Positions 49,620 through 59,266 of a stretch of 64,000 bases of DNA are shown piece by piece. Both the position numbers and the translations under genes were made by a program. Position 1 is the first letter of the stretch. Every line of letters starts with the position of its first letter. The notes under the pieces were generated by a model that saw only the letters and a program-made list of their open reading frames with translations, was not told the origin of the DNA and did not search any database. The DNA is from an uncultured Bacteroidales bacterium (GTDB lineage Bacteria > Bacteroidota > Bacteroidia > Bacteroidales > CAIWKO01): NCBI GenBank assembly GCA_903913285.1, contig CAIWKO010000060.1, positions 55,898 to 119,897 on the forward strand, read 5' to 3'.

Positions 49620-50465
49620 ATGATCATATTTTCAAAATACAAAGAGCTCACCGAAGCCGCATGGCGTAAAAGAGTTGAATCTGTTGCAGGAAAAACTCAC
49701 GATGCAAAATCGTTACAACATATCTACCGCGAAATTCTTTCATTTGTCGATCTGACAACCCTTGAAGGAAGCGACACCACCGAACGGGTTTCGAAACTTT
49801 GCAACAAAGCATATACCCTCGCGAACAAAACCAAAAAGATACCGCAGGTTGCAGCAGTTTGTGTATATCCGCCTTTCGTAAAACAATGCAAAGCCGCACT
49901 AAATGGAAAAAACATTAACGTAGCCTCCGTGGCTGGTGCTTTTCCTTCGGGACAATCGCCTCTGCCTGTGAAGCTCAAAGAAATAGAATTTGCTGTTGAA
50001 GAAGGCGCCGACGAGATCGATATGGTGATATCCCGCGGCAAATTTCTGGAAGGCGATCATCAAACTGTATTCAACGAAATAGCTGCCATCAGAGCCGTTT
50101 GTAAAAACGTGCATTTAAAAGTAATACTCGAAACAGGCGAATTGCAAACGCCCGGGAATATCCGCAAAGCCAGCGAAATTGCCATTAATGCAGGAGCAGA
50201 TTTCATCAAAACCTCGACGGGAAAAATGCAACCCGCAGCCACCGAACTTGCAGCCGTGGTGATGTGCGATACCATTCTGGAATATTATAATGTAACCGGC
50301 ATCCGTATCGGGTTCAAACCGGCGGGTGGCATATCCGAACCCGAAATAGCCCTGCGTTACTATAACATCGTAAATGAAATTCTGGGAACAGAATGGCTTA
50401 CTAAGGAACTTTTCCGTATCGGGGCAAGCCGTTTGGTTGATAATTTGCTGAAAGTTATTGTATAA
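49620..50465 (+). CDS. deoC: Deoxyribose-phosphate aldolase
   Basis: VDLTTL, AAVCVYP, GADEIDMVI, LKVILETGEL, DFIKTSTGK, GFKPAGG and RIGAS. Confidence 0.96.
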   Translation: MIIFSKYKELTEAAWRKRVESVAGKTHDAKSLQHIYREILSFVDLTTLEGSDTTERVSKLCNKAYTLANKTKKIPQVAAVCVYPPFVKQCKAALNGKNINVASVAGAFPSGQSPLPVKLKEIEFAVEEGADEIDMVISRGKFLEGDHQTVFNEIAAIRAVCKNVHLKVILETGELQTPGNIRKASEIAINAGADFIKTSTGKMQPAATELAAVVMCDTILEYYNVTGIRIGFKPAGGISEPEIALRYYNIVNEILGTEWLTKELFRIGASRLVDNLLKVIV

Positions 50466-50480
50466 TCTAATATCATTTTT

Positions 50481-50801
50481 ATGGCATGGATCTATTTACT
50501 GTGTGCGGCTGTCTTCGAGATCGGCTGGCCGCTGGGATTTAAATTATCGCAAACCTATACCCAACAAAAAATACTCTGGATCGTTGTTGCTGGAGTTTCG
50601 ATGGCGCTCAGCGGCTTATTCTTGTGGATAGCACAAAAAGAGATCCCCATCGGAACGGCTTATTCCGTTTGGACCGGCATAGGCGCTGCAGGCACCTTTA
50701 TCATCGGGGTTATTTATTTCAAAGACACGGCATCGCTCATACGCATTGCTTCCGTAACGCTGATAATTATGGGGGTGTTGGGTTTAAGACTGGCTCATTA
50801 A
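50481..50801 (+). CDS. SMR (SugE/Gdx-like) small multidrug efflux transporter
   Basis: MAWIYL..A..FEIGW and IPIGTAYSVWTGIGA; 4 TM helices. Confidence 0.9.
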   Translation: MAWIYLLCAAVFEIGWPLGFKLSQTYTQQKILWIVVAGVSMALSGLFLWIAQKEIPIGTAYSVWTGIGAAGTFIIGVIYFKDTASLIRIASVTLIIMGVLGLRLAH

Positions 50802-50819
50802 TTCATGGTTTAACATAAA

Positions 50820-51491
50820 TTGATTGCATTGAAAAAAATAATAATTCAGACGCTGCTCGATATCCTGAATTTATTTCTGACATCTACAGGACTGTCGTTC
50901 ACTTCGCGGCAATGCCGAAAACTCCTGCATTCGGCTTCAGCCATGTCTTTTGATATCATAATCGTTCCGGGCATACCTTTCAAGAACAACAAATGGGATA
51001 TGGTGATGAAAGGAAGGATATACTGGGCAAAATATTTATTCGACGAAGGCATCGCCAAAAACATCATGTTTTCGGGTGCAGCGGTTCATTCACCCTGGGT
51101 TGAAAGCAAAATAATGGCTCTATATGCCGAAGCCATCGGGATTCCTGCAAGCAAAATATTTATTGAAGATAAAGCCGAACACAGCACCGAGAATGTTTTT
51201 TTCTCGTATACCAAAGCGCTCGAAATGGGGTTCCGTAAAATAGCAGTTGCCTCCGACCCTTTTCAAACAAAGCTTCTGCGAAAATTCATTCATACAAAAG
51301 TGAGCAAAGAAATTTATTTGCTGCCCATCGTTTATGGTATATTGAGACAAAACGAAAAAAACTATATTGACCCGAACATTGACGCTCAACAGGCATTTAT
51401 TCCCGAATTCAAAGCTCTTCGTCATCGGGAAAACTTCAGAGAACGGATGCAGGGAACACGGGGCAACAATATTGAAGAACTTAGCAAATAA
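50820..51491 (+). CDS. YdcF/DUF218 family protein
   Basis: DIIIVPG, IMFSG, ESKIMA.YA...GIP...I..E..AEHSTEN and SDPFQ. Start uncertain. Confidence 0.82.
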   Translation: MIALKKIIIQTLLDILNLFLTSTGLSFTSRQCRKLLHSASAMSFDIIIVPGIPFKNNKWDMVMKGRIYWAKYLFDEGIAKNIMFSGAAVHSPWVESKIMALYAEAIGIPASKIFIEDKAEHSTENVFFSYTKALEMGFRKIAVASDPFQTKLLRKFIHTKVSKEIYLLPIVYGILRQNEKNYIDPNIDAQQAFIPEFKALRHRENFRERMQGTRGNNIEELSK

Positions 51492-51587
51492 AGCTGGATT
51501 AAATTTTTATGTTTTGCCAACATTAAATCTTTATGATTATTTTTGCGTACTATTTAGAAAACTTATTAAACTTTAATTTAATATTTT

Positions 51588-52913
51588 ATGAAAATTGTTG
51601 TTGTTGGAACGGGTTATGTCGGTTTGGTTACCGGTACTTGTTTCGCTGAAGTGGGTATCGAAACCGTTTGTGTTGACATTGATATTAACAAGATCGAAAA
51701 CCTTAAAAAAGGAATTTTACCCATCTACGAACCGGGGTTGGATACTATGATCCACCGGAATGTTGAGAAAAACCGTCTGCATTTTTCTACCGATCTGAAA
51801 TCGGTTCTGCCCGATGCAGAAGTTGTTTTTATTGCTGTTGGAACACCTCCCGATGAAGACGGAAGTGCCGACCTCAAGCATGTGATCGCTGTGGCTAAAG
51901 AAGTGGGTAAATATATTGAAGATTACACCCTGGTTGTAACCAAAAGCACTGTGCCGGTCGGAACAGCTGTAAAAGTTAAAAAAGCCATCACCGACGAACT
52001 GAATGCCCGCGGAGCTAATATTCCTTTTGATGTGGCATCCAATCCCGAATTTTTAAAAGAAGGTGCTGCTCTGGATGATTTTATGAAACCCGACCGCATT
52101 GTAGTAGGCTTGGAATCGGATCGTGCCGAAACTTTGATGAAACAACTTTACAAACCTTTCACATTGAACGGGCATCCTATCATTTTTATGGATATTCCCA
52201 GTGCCGAAATGACCAAATATGCAGCCAATTCTATGCTGGCAACCAAGATCAGTTTCATGAACGACATTGCAAATCTTTGTGAGATCATGGGAGCAAATGT
52301 CAATCAGGTTCGCAGAGGTATTGGCAGCGATACGCGCATCGGGAACAAATTTATATACCCGGGTATTGGTTACGGGGGCTCATGTTTCCCGAAAGATGTA
52401 AAAGCATTGATAAAAACTGCCAACGAAAACGGCTACAATATGCGTGTGCTGAAATCGGTTGAAGACGTGAACGACGATCAAAAAAGTGTTCTGTTCAATA
52501 AAGTTGTCCAGTATTTCAACGGTCAGCTAAAAGATAAAACCATCGGTATGTGGGGACTTTCGTTTAAACCCGAAACTGACGATATGCGCGAAGCTCCTGC
52601 TTTGGTGCTCATCGAAAAGTTTCTGGCTGCAGGTGCAAAAGTTAAAGCATACGACCCTGCCGCTATGGAAGAAGCCGAACGCAGACTGGGAAACAAGATT
52701 ACGTTTGTTAAAGACCAGTACGAGGCTCTGATCGATGCGGATTGTTTGCTTATTGTTACCGAATGGACCGAATTCAGAGCTCCAAACTTCCCGGTGATCA
52801 AGAAACTTTTAAAGAAACATGTGATATTCGACGGTCGCAACATTTACGATATGGCAAGTATGAAAGAAGAAGGCTTCGATTATTTTTGCATTGGAATTGA
52901 CACTTCAAAATAA
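51588..52913 (+). CDS. ugd: UDP-glucose 6-dehydrogenase
   Basis: GTGYVG, IAVGTP, KSTVPVGT, SNPEFLKEG, GYGGSCFPKD and FKPETDDMREAP. Confidence 0.95.
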   Translation: MKIVVVGTGYVGLVTGTCFAEVGIETVCVDIDINKIENLKKGILPIYEPGLDTMIHRNVEKNRLHFSTDLKSVLPDAEVVFIAVGTPPDEDGSADLKHVIAVAKEVGKYIEDYTLVVTKSTVPVGTAVKVKKAITDELNARGANIPFDVASNPEFLKEGAALDDFMKPDRIVVGLESDRAETLMKQLYKPFTLNGHPIIFMDIPSAEMTKYAANSMLATKISFMNDIANLCEIMGANVNQVRRGIGSDTRIGNKFIYPGIGYGGSCFPKDVKALIKTANENGYNMRVLKSVEDVNDDQKSVLFNKVVQYFNGQLKDKTIGMWGLSFKPETDDMREAPALVLIEKFLAAGAKVKAYDPAAMEEAERRLGNKITFVKDQYEALIDADCLLIVTEWTEFRAPNFPVIKKLLKKHVIFDGRNIYDMASMKEEGFDYFCIGIDTSK

Positions 52914-52916
52914 TTT

Positions 52917-53849
52917 ATGAAGAAAAAAATATTGGTAACCGGTGGTGCCGGGTTTTTAGGTTCGCATTTGTGCGAACGGCTTCTGAACGAAGGCAACGAA
53001 GTCATTTGTCTGGATAATTATTTTACCGGACAAAAACAAAACATAGTACATCTGCTCGACAACCCTTTCTTTGAGTTGATACGGCACGATGTAACCATGC
53101 CTTTTTTTATAGAAGTTGACGAGATCTATAACCTCGCCTGCCCTGCTTCACCTATCCATTATCAATATAACCCTATCAAAACCATCAAAACATCGGTGAT
53201 GGGTGCCATCAATATGCTGGGTTTGGCAAAACGCATACGTGCAAAGATACTGCAGGCATCAACCAGCGAAGTTTACGGCGACCCGAAAGAACATCCGCAA
53301 ACAGAAAGCTATTGGGGAAACGTGAACCCGATAGGTTACCGTGCCTGCTACGACGAAGGTAAACGTTGCGCCGAATCATTGTTCATCAATTATTACCGTC
53401 AGAACAATGTGAATATAAAGATCATCAGAATTTTTAATACTTACGGTCCGCGTATGCACCCCAACGACGGTCGTGTGGTGTCGAATTTTATTATGCAGGC
53501 ATTGAATAACGAAGATATTACGGTTTATGGCGACGGTTCGCAAACGCGGAGTTTCTGTTATGTTGATGACCTTGTTGACGGAATGATACGCATGATGAAC
53601 ACAGCAGATGATTTTATCGGTCCGGTAAATGTTGGAAACCCCGTTGAATTCACCATACTGGAACTGGCGCAACAGGTGATAAATTTGACCGGTTCGAAAT
53701 CGAAAATAATATACGAACCCTTGCCTTCCGACGACCCCTTGCAGCGTAAACCCGATATCACTTTAGCAAAGAACAAACTGAACTGGGAACCGAAAGTGCA
53801 ATTGAGAGAAGGCTTAATGAAAACGATACAATATTTTAATAGCAAGTAA
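52917..53849 (+). CDS. UDP-glucuronate decarboxylase (UDP-xylose synthase)
   Basis: [41 protein letters not shown] and DGRVVSNF. Confidence 0.94.
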   Translation: MKKKILVTGGAGFLGSHLCERLLNEGNEVICLDNYFTGQKQNIVHLLDNPFFELIRHDVTMPFFIEVDEIYNLACPASPIHYQYNPIKTIKTSVMGAINMLGLAKRIRAKILQASTSEVYGDPKEHPQTESYWGNVNPIGYRACYDEGKRCAESLFINYYRQNNVNIKIIRIFNTYGPRMHPNDGRVVSNFIMQALNNEDITVYGDGSQTRSFCYVDDLVDGMIRMMNTADDFIGPVNVGNPVEFTILELAQQVINLTGSKSKIIYEPLPSDDPLQRKPDITLAKNKLNWEPKVQLREGLMKTIQYFNSK

Positions 53850-53900
53850 TCATGGCTATTGGCTAGTGGCTTTTGGCTAAATCAAATCACATAAAAAACA

Positions 53901-54767
53901 ATGAACATACTGGTAACTGGAAGCAAAGGACAACTTGGGAATGAGATCCGGGTGATTTCTGAACAATTTCCACAACACAAGTATTTTTTTACCGATGTGG
54001 AAGAATTGGATATCTGCGACAAAAATGCTGTCGAGGCATTCATCTGCGGGAATCAGATCAAATGCATCATCAATTGTGCGGCTTATACCGGCGTGGATAA
54101 AGCTGAACAGGAACCCGAACTGGCATTTAAGATCAATGCCGAAGCCGTCGAAAACCTTTGCAATGCTGCTCTTAAACAAAAAGTTTTTTTGGTTCACATC
54201 TCGACGGATTATGTGTTCGACGGAAAAAAAGATAACCCCTATCTTGAATACTTTCCGACGAACCCGATATCTGTTTACGGCAAAAGCAAACTGAAAGGCG
54301 AAGAGATCATCCTCAAATCAAAACTTCCGGCTTTGATCATCCGCACATCGTGGTTATATTCTGCATTTGGAAGCAATTTTGTGAAAACCATTTTGCGTTT
54401 GTCGAAAGAAAACAACCGACTGAACATCATCTCCGACCAGATCGGAACCCCAACTTATGCTGCCGACCTTGCCAAAGTGATACTCGATATTATCACCCAT
54501 CATAAACTGCCTTCAAAACCCGAGATCTATCATTTTTCGGATGAAGGCATAACCACCTGGTATGAGTTTGCATTGGAGATCATGGAACTGACAAACCGCA
54601 ATATCGTTGTGCACCCTATCACCACCAAAGAATATCCAACCGCTGCCACACGCCCGCAATTCAGTTTGCTGAGCAAAGAAAAGATAAAACACGATTTCAA
54701 GATCGAAATCCCTTTATGGCAGGACAGCCTGAAAGAATGCCTGAAGCTGATCGTTGCGGAACAATAG
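53901..54767 (+). CDS. rfbD: dTDP-4-dehydrorhamnose reductase
   Basis: GSKGQLG, NCAAYT.VDKAE, STDYVFDG, YGKSKL.GE and DQIGTPT. Confidence 0.95.
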   Translation: MNILVTGSKGQLGNEIRVISEQFPQHKYFFTDVEELDICDKNAVEAFICGNQIKCIINCAAYTGVDKAEQEPELAFKINAEAVENLCNAALKQKVFLVHISTDYVFDGKKDNPYLEYFPTNPISVYGKSKLKGEEIILKSKLPALIIRTSWLYSAFGSNFVKTILRLSKENNRLNIISDQIGTPTYAADLAKVILDIITHHKLPSKPEIYHFSDEGITTWYEFALEIMELTNRNIVVHPITTKEYPTAATRPQFSLLSKEKIKHDFKIEIPLWQDSLKECLKLIVAEQ

Positions 54768-54843
54768 ATCTTTTGGCCGAAGATCTGCAATTATTCGCAG
54801 CAGGGAAGCGTTATTTTGTTTAATTTTATTCAACAATTTTTTT

Positions 54844-55470
54844 ATGATGCAAAAAACAAAATGCCTGCTGCTTGCCATACTGGTATCCTTATCGCTCACA
54901 TACGCCCGTGCCCAGAAATTAACTCAACCCGAACAACAGTTGTTCTGCTTCGGCAGGTTGGTTAGCATCAGCGTTGATAAACAATTGTATGTTTCCGACA
55001 CCTCCGATTATTTCTATATTCACGTAAGTGTAAAAAACATTTCGAAAAAAGATATCGGTATCGACCTGAGCAATTCGTGGTATGTATTGTATCCCAACCA
55101 ATGGCAGTTTTCGGATACCACCATGCGGCAGGTTATCGACGAAAGGCAGATCGTACCTGCAGAAATGAATGCAAAAAAAACAGCCGAGATCGATAAAAAG
55201 TTTGCTGATAACGCGCTGAAGAAACTCGCACCCGGGCAATCGTTCGACTATTACACCGAGTTTAACAGCACCAAACCCAACCAAGCCGACATGGGCAAAA
55301 GCAAATACCTGATAGTGGCCATCGACGGGCAAATGTTCTTTACCGACGGGCGAAACTGCGAACAAATAAAATGCAACGGAGATATGAACGTGGATAGGGA
55401 ACTGGTGATTAAATGCCAGCCAACTTGGCCTAAAATAACCGAAAAACAAAAGATATTCCACCGCAAATAA
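54844..55470 (+). CDS. Secreted hypothetical protein
   Basis: Signal peptide from ATG 54844. Confidence 0.7.
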   Translation: MMQKTKCLLLAILVSLSLTYARAQKLTQPEQQLFCFGRLVSISVDKQLYVSDTSDYFYIHVSVKNISKKDIGIDLSNSWYVLYPNQWQFSDTTMRQVIDERQIVPAEMNAKKTAEIDKKFADNALKKLAPGQSFDYYTEFNSTKPNQADMGKSKYLIVAIDGQMFFTDGRNCEQIKCNGDMNVDRELVIKCQPTWPKITEKQKIFHRK

Positions 55471-55473
55471 CCC

Positions 55474-56070
55474 ATGAAAACCAGCACACGCATATTATGT
55501 ATTGTTTCAATAATCACGTTGTTGCTCATTATTGTTGCCAATTTGTTTTTGCCCTATTCGTTTTCGTTCAGCCCTTCGGCCGACGTGTGGAACATCAACC
55601 CCGCCTCCGACCCTTTGTATGCCTATCGGGTGGCCATTATCTTTTCGGGTTTGGCTCTTGCCGCTATAGCTTTGGTGGTGACCTGCATCAGTTTCTTTTT
55701 GCGCCATCACGCAATTGATGCCAAACTAGCCAACCTGAGTATTTTTATTCTGGTGTTTTACGTTGATTGGATGAGCGTCCCGTATTGGACCAACGGTTTG
55801 CTTCATGTTTTCGGCAAGGGCGCTTCAACCACCTTCGACCCGAAAGCCCTGCTGCCCATGACCATCTTAGGCGAAGCATGGCGACTGCCCATACTTGTTA
55901 TGCATCCTTTGGTTTTGGTTTATCTGGTGTTCAGCCTTGTCAGGTTCATCGTGGTGATAGTGCGCCGAAACAAACCCGGCCTGAACAATATCCTGATTTT
56001 GATATACACTTTGCTGAACATAGCCCTGCTGTTCTTTATACCGCAATATTTTAACTGGCTGCTTGATTAG
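55474..56070 (+). CDS. Hypothetical membrane protein
   Basis: About 5 hydrophobic segments; 3 bp after the previous gene. Confidence 0.7.
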   Translation: MKTSTRILCIVSIITLLLIIVANLFLPYSFSFSPSADVWNINPASDPLYAYRVAIIFSGLALAAIALVVTCISFFLRHHAIDAKLANLSIFILVFYVDWMSVPYWTNGLLHVFGKGASTTFDPKALLPMTILGEAWRLPILVMHPLVLVYLVFSLVRFIVVIVRRNKPGLNNILILIYTLLNIALLFFIPQYFNWLLD

Positions 56071-56172
56071 CCTTTTAGTCTTTTAGGTGTGTAGACTTTT
56101 AGGTAATAGGTAACAAGTAATAGTTATAGTCTTCGGTCTTCCAACTTCTAACTCCTAACTTTTAACTTTAGG

Positions 56173-56283
56173 CACTTTAGGCACCTGCCCGACTGAAGCC
56201 GTTCAGGCGGGCTTTAAGTACTTTAGTTCACTTTAGGCACCTGCCCGACTGAAGCCGTTCAGGCGGGCTTTAAGTACTTTAGT
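56173..56283. repeat. 56-bp tandem duplication with REP-like hairpin CCTGCCCGACTGAAGCCGTTCAGGCGGG, embedded in heptamer repeats
   Basis: 56173-56228 and 56229-56283 are identical over 55 bp; flanked by ACTTTAG-type heptamers. Confidence 0.9.
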
Positions 56284-56292
56284 CACTTTAGT

Positions 56293-57327
56293 TCACTTCT
56301 TCAACTCTTCCAATTCTTTCTCCAGCGATAAAATGCGGTCGGCGAGGTTTGGGAGTTTGCGGAACAGCACATACGAGCGTAAAAAATCTTTAATATCGAA
56401 AGCTATATAGCCCTGCAACAGCGCTCCTTCTTCGGTCACGGTTTTGGCAACTCCCGAGCGTGCCTGAACTTTCACATTATCGGCTATCGAAATATGCCCC
56501 ACTATGCCAACCTGCCCGCCTATCATGCAGTTTTTGCCGATCTTCACCGAGCCTGCCACACCCACCTGAGCCACGATGATGGAATTTTCGCCCACTTCAA
56601 CATTATGAGCTATCTGTATCAGGTTATCGAGTTTGCAGCCTTTGTGTATGATGGTCGAGCCCAGGGTGGCACGGTCGATGCAGGTGTTGGCGCCAATTTC
56701 AACATCATCTTCAATAATAACGTTGCCTATTTGGGCCACTTTTTTATGAGTCAGGTCGGCTTGCTGGGTAAAACCGAAGCCGTCGGCGCCTATCACCACC
56801 CCCGAATGCAAAATGCAGTTGCGCCCCACCACGCTGTCCGAATAAACGCTCACCTGTGCATACAGCGTGGTGTTGTCGCCTATGCTAACGTTGTCGCCCA
56901 CGTAGCTCAGCGGGTAGAGTTTGGCGTTGTTGCCTATAACGGCATTTTCGCCCACGAAAGCCTGTGCACCTATATACACGTTGCTGCCTATTTTGGCCGA
57001 AGGCGAAATGTAAGCCTTGTCCGAAATGCCCGTTTTGTTGAGTTTCATCTGATTGTATAGCTCCAGCAAGGTGGCGAAAGCAGCATACGCGTTGTCAACG
57101 CGCACCAGGGTAGCCTCAACGGGGTGTTCGGGCACAAAATCGCGGTTCACTATAACAATGGCGGCCCGGGTGGTGTATATAAAATGCGTGTAGGCAGGGT
57201 TGGCCAAAAATGTGAGCGAATCCTCATCGCCTTCTTCTATTTTGGCCAGTTTCGAAACGGCTGTTTCGGGCTTGCCTTCTACGGTGCCGTTCAATACTTC
57301 GGCCAGTTGTTGCGCGGTAAATTTCAT
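56293..57327 (-). CDS. lpxD: UDP-3-O-(3-hydroxymyristoyl)glucosamine N-acyltransferase
   Basis: LTFLANP.Y, hexapeptide repeats, [19 protein letters not shown] and [11 protein letters not shown]. Start ATG 57327. Confidence 0.97.
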   Translation of the reverse strand: MKFTAQQLAEVLNGTVEGKPETAVSKLAKIEEGDEDSLTFLANPAYTHFIYTTRAAIVIVNRDFVPEHPVEATLVRVDNAYAAFATLLELYNQMKLNKTGISDKAYISPSAKIGSNVYIGAQAFVGENAVIGNNAKLYPLSYVGDNVSIGDNTTLYAQVSVYSDSVVGRNCILHSGVVIGADGFGFTQQADLTHKKVAQIGNVIIEDDVEIGANTCIDRATLGSTIIHKGCKLDNLIQIAHNVEVGENSIIVAQVGVAGSVKIGKNCMIGGQVGIVGHISIADNVKVQARSGVAKTVTEEGALLQGYIAFDIKDFLRSYVLFRKLPNLADRILSLEKELEELKK

Positions 57328-57790
57328 TTCAGCTATATTTTTTTCAGAAAACAAAGTTATAAAAACAACGACAAGTGGGAGGATTTATTTTTGATGGAGA
57401 AATTTTTAGAGAATTCAGAATTCAGAAGTAAGAATTCAGAAGGATTGAATTAGCTAAAAGCCATTACTTCCTACTTTTTTAACCACGGAAATACGGAGAA
57501 CACGGAGATACACAGAGAATTTATTTTGCATTCAAAAAAATTATTTTATTTTTTTAACAAAAAACTTGCATCACTTAAAATAATTTACGTTCTTTGTGTA
57601 TCATAAATTAAACCATATAAACCCGATGATCTATCGTTCTGATATATCATGTTCCGAAAGGCCTATTTCCGTAGGGGGGGGGGTATTTTATGGTTTTAGA
57701 TTCCAAATCTTTTTGTTTTAGTTCGTTTTTATTTCAAGAAATTTCTTTAAAATTTATTTATAGTCCATTTTCGACTGGAAGTGAAAACTA

Positions 57791-58151
57791 TTCGCACGAG
57801 TTGGGAAAGGGTTCGCACGGCCAAGGAAAGGGTTCGCACGGCCGGGGAAAGGGTTCGCACGGCCAGAGAAATGGTTCGCACGGCCGGGGAAATGGTTCGC
57901 TCACGGGACGATATGGTTCGCTCGTAGAACGATACCGTTCGCACGACCGGGGAAAGGGTTCGCACGACTCAGGAAAGGGTTCGCACGACTTGGGAGACCT
58001 CCGCACGACCAAGGAAAGAGTTCGCACGACTGAGGAAAGGGTTCGCACGGCCAAGGAAAGGGTTCGCACGAGTTGGGATGCCTCCGCACGACCGGGGAAA
58101 GGGTTCGCACGGCTGAGGAAAGGGTTCGCACGAGCCGGGAAAGGGTTCGCA
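57791..58151 (+). repeat. 21-bp tandem array TTCGCACG-N5-GGAAAGGG, 17 units plus a partial
   Basis: Conserved 16-nt core GGAAAGGGTTCGCACG with a variable pentamer (AGTTG, GCCAA, GCCGG, GCCAG, ACCGG, ACTCA, ACTTG, ACCAA, ACTGA, GCTGA, AGCCG); two 20-nt units. Confidence 0.96.
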
Positions 58152-58253
58152 GGGTTGGATATATACTTTGATTGGATGGAGGGATGTAGTTCTTGTTTAT
58201 TGAATGCTAATTATTTATAAACAATATTATTCACTTTAAAAAAAAATAAAGTT

Positions 58254-59222
58254 ATGGAAGATCAAAACATTTATTGGAGCGAAATGGAAAAAAGAATTGT
58301 TGGGTTGAAAAGTAACCCATTGTATTCGGCAGAAATAACCGGAACGGTTGCAACATTGGATTTTTTTACACGAGCTGAAGGCTATTTTAACGATAAGGTG
58401 AGCTGGCAACAGAAATTGGAAAAATCGTCGAAAGCGTATACGAAAGCAGGCGAGGCAAAGAAAGAGGAAGCCGCCCAGACTTTTAGTATTACGGCATCGG
58501 TAATGAAATCGTATGGCGAAAAAATTGGTGATGCCGATTTGATAGGCCTGAAATTGCTGACATTTTCGAAATTGCATAAGGAAAGTGTTACTGCACAAAT
58601 TGCTGATAATAATTATATTTTGGGTTTGATAGATGCTAATAAAGTTGCACTGGCAGATTATAAGATAGATGCAGCTTTTACGGCCAAGCTTGTTACGCTG
58701 AACAAGGATCTTGACCTGCAGACAAAATTGCCGCTGGACGTGGTGAAGCAACATGCCAATGATAAGGTTCAGTATGAGGATATGGAGAATACTTCGAAGA
58801 AATTTTATGATAAGGAGATGGACCCTTATATGAAAATTTATAAAATTACAGATATGGGTTTGTTTTTGGCTTATCTGGCGGCGCGGAAGGTGCGGCATCA
58901 TCATTTGAAACGAAAAGCGGTTGTGCCAGACCCGGAAACTATTACGGGAATACTGGAGTTGATGCTGCTGTTCAAAGCATCGATGGACCCGGCAGCAGGA
59001 GCCAGTTATGTGGTTACGGCACTGGGTATTTCGGATACGACGGATGAAGACGGGGAAGGCTATAATGACGAGTTGAAGCCCGGAACGTATCATGGAAAGA
59101 TTTCGATGGACGGCTATAAGGATATTGAGTTTGATTTTACGATAGAAGCAGGAAAAACTACAGCGTTGCAGTTTTTGCTGGAAGTGGCTAATGTGGCTCC
59201 GAGCGGAACGCCGGGGAGTTGA
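58254..59222 (+). CDS. Hypothetical protein: predicted alpha-helical N-terminal region plus C-terminal carboxypeptidase-regulatory-like (Ig/prealbumin-type) domain
   Basis: No signal peptide; amphipathic helical first ~215 aa ending FLAYLAARKV; C-terminal P..GA....TTDEDG....LKPGTY...IS.DGYKD......IEAGKTT...F.L. Confidence 0.75.
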   Translation: MEDQNIYWSEMEKRIVGLKSNPLYSAEITGTVATLDFFTRAEGYFNDKVSWQQKLEKSSKAYTKAGEAKKEEAAQTFSITASVMKSYGEKIGDADLIGLKLLTFSKLHKESVTAQIADNNYILGLIDANKVALADYKIDAAFTAKLVTLNKDLDLQTKLPLDVVKQHANDKVQYEDMENTSKKFYDKEMDPYMKIYKITDMGLFLAYLAARKVRHHHLKRKAVVPDPETITGILELMLLFKASMDPAAGASYVVTALGISDTTDEDGEGYNDELKPGTYHGKISMDGYKDIEFDFTIEAGKTTALQFLLEVANVAPSGTPGS

Positions 59223-59266
59223 TAGGCTTTTAGGCTATAGGCTGTAGACTTTTAGAAAAAAACGAT

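Noticed and set aside
50466-50480. Guanidine riboswitch ahead of the SMR gene
   Set aside because: Only 15 bp separate it from deoC; no room and no ACGR hairpins seen.
57791-58151. CRISPR array
   Set aside because: The variable part is only 5 nt and reused, the period is 21 bp, and no cas genes are in the window.
57690-58220. Overlapping ORFs across the 57.8-kb array
   Set aside because: Several frames on both strands are open, and 20-nt units switch the peptide motif midway, indicating no protein-level constraint.
58236-59093. 285-aa antisense ORF
   Set aside because: Shadow of the plus-strand 322-aa gene, which has an ATG after an A-rich leader and a recognisable C-terminal domain.
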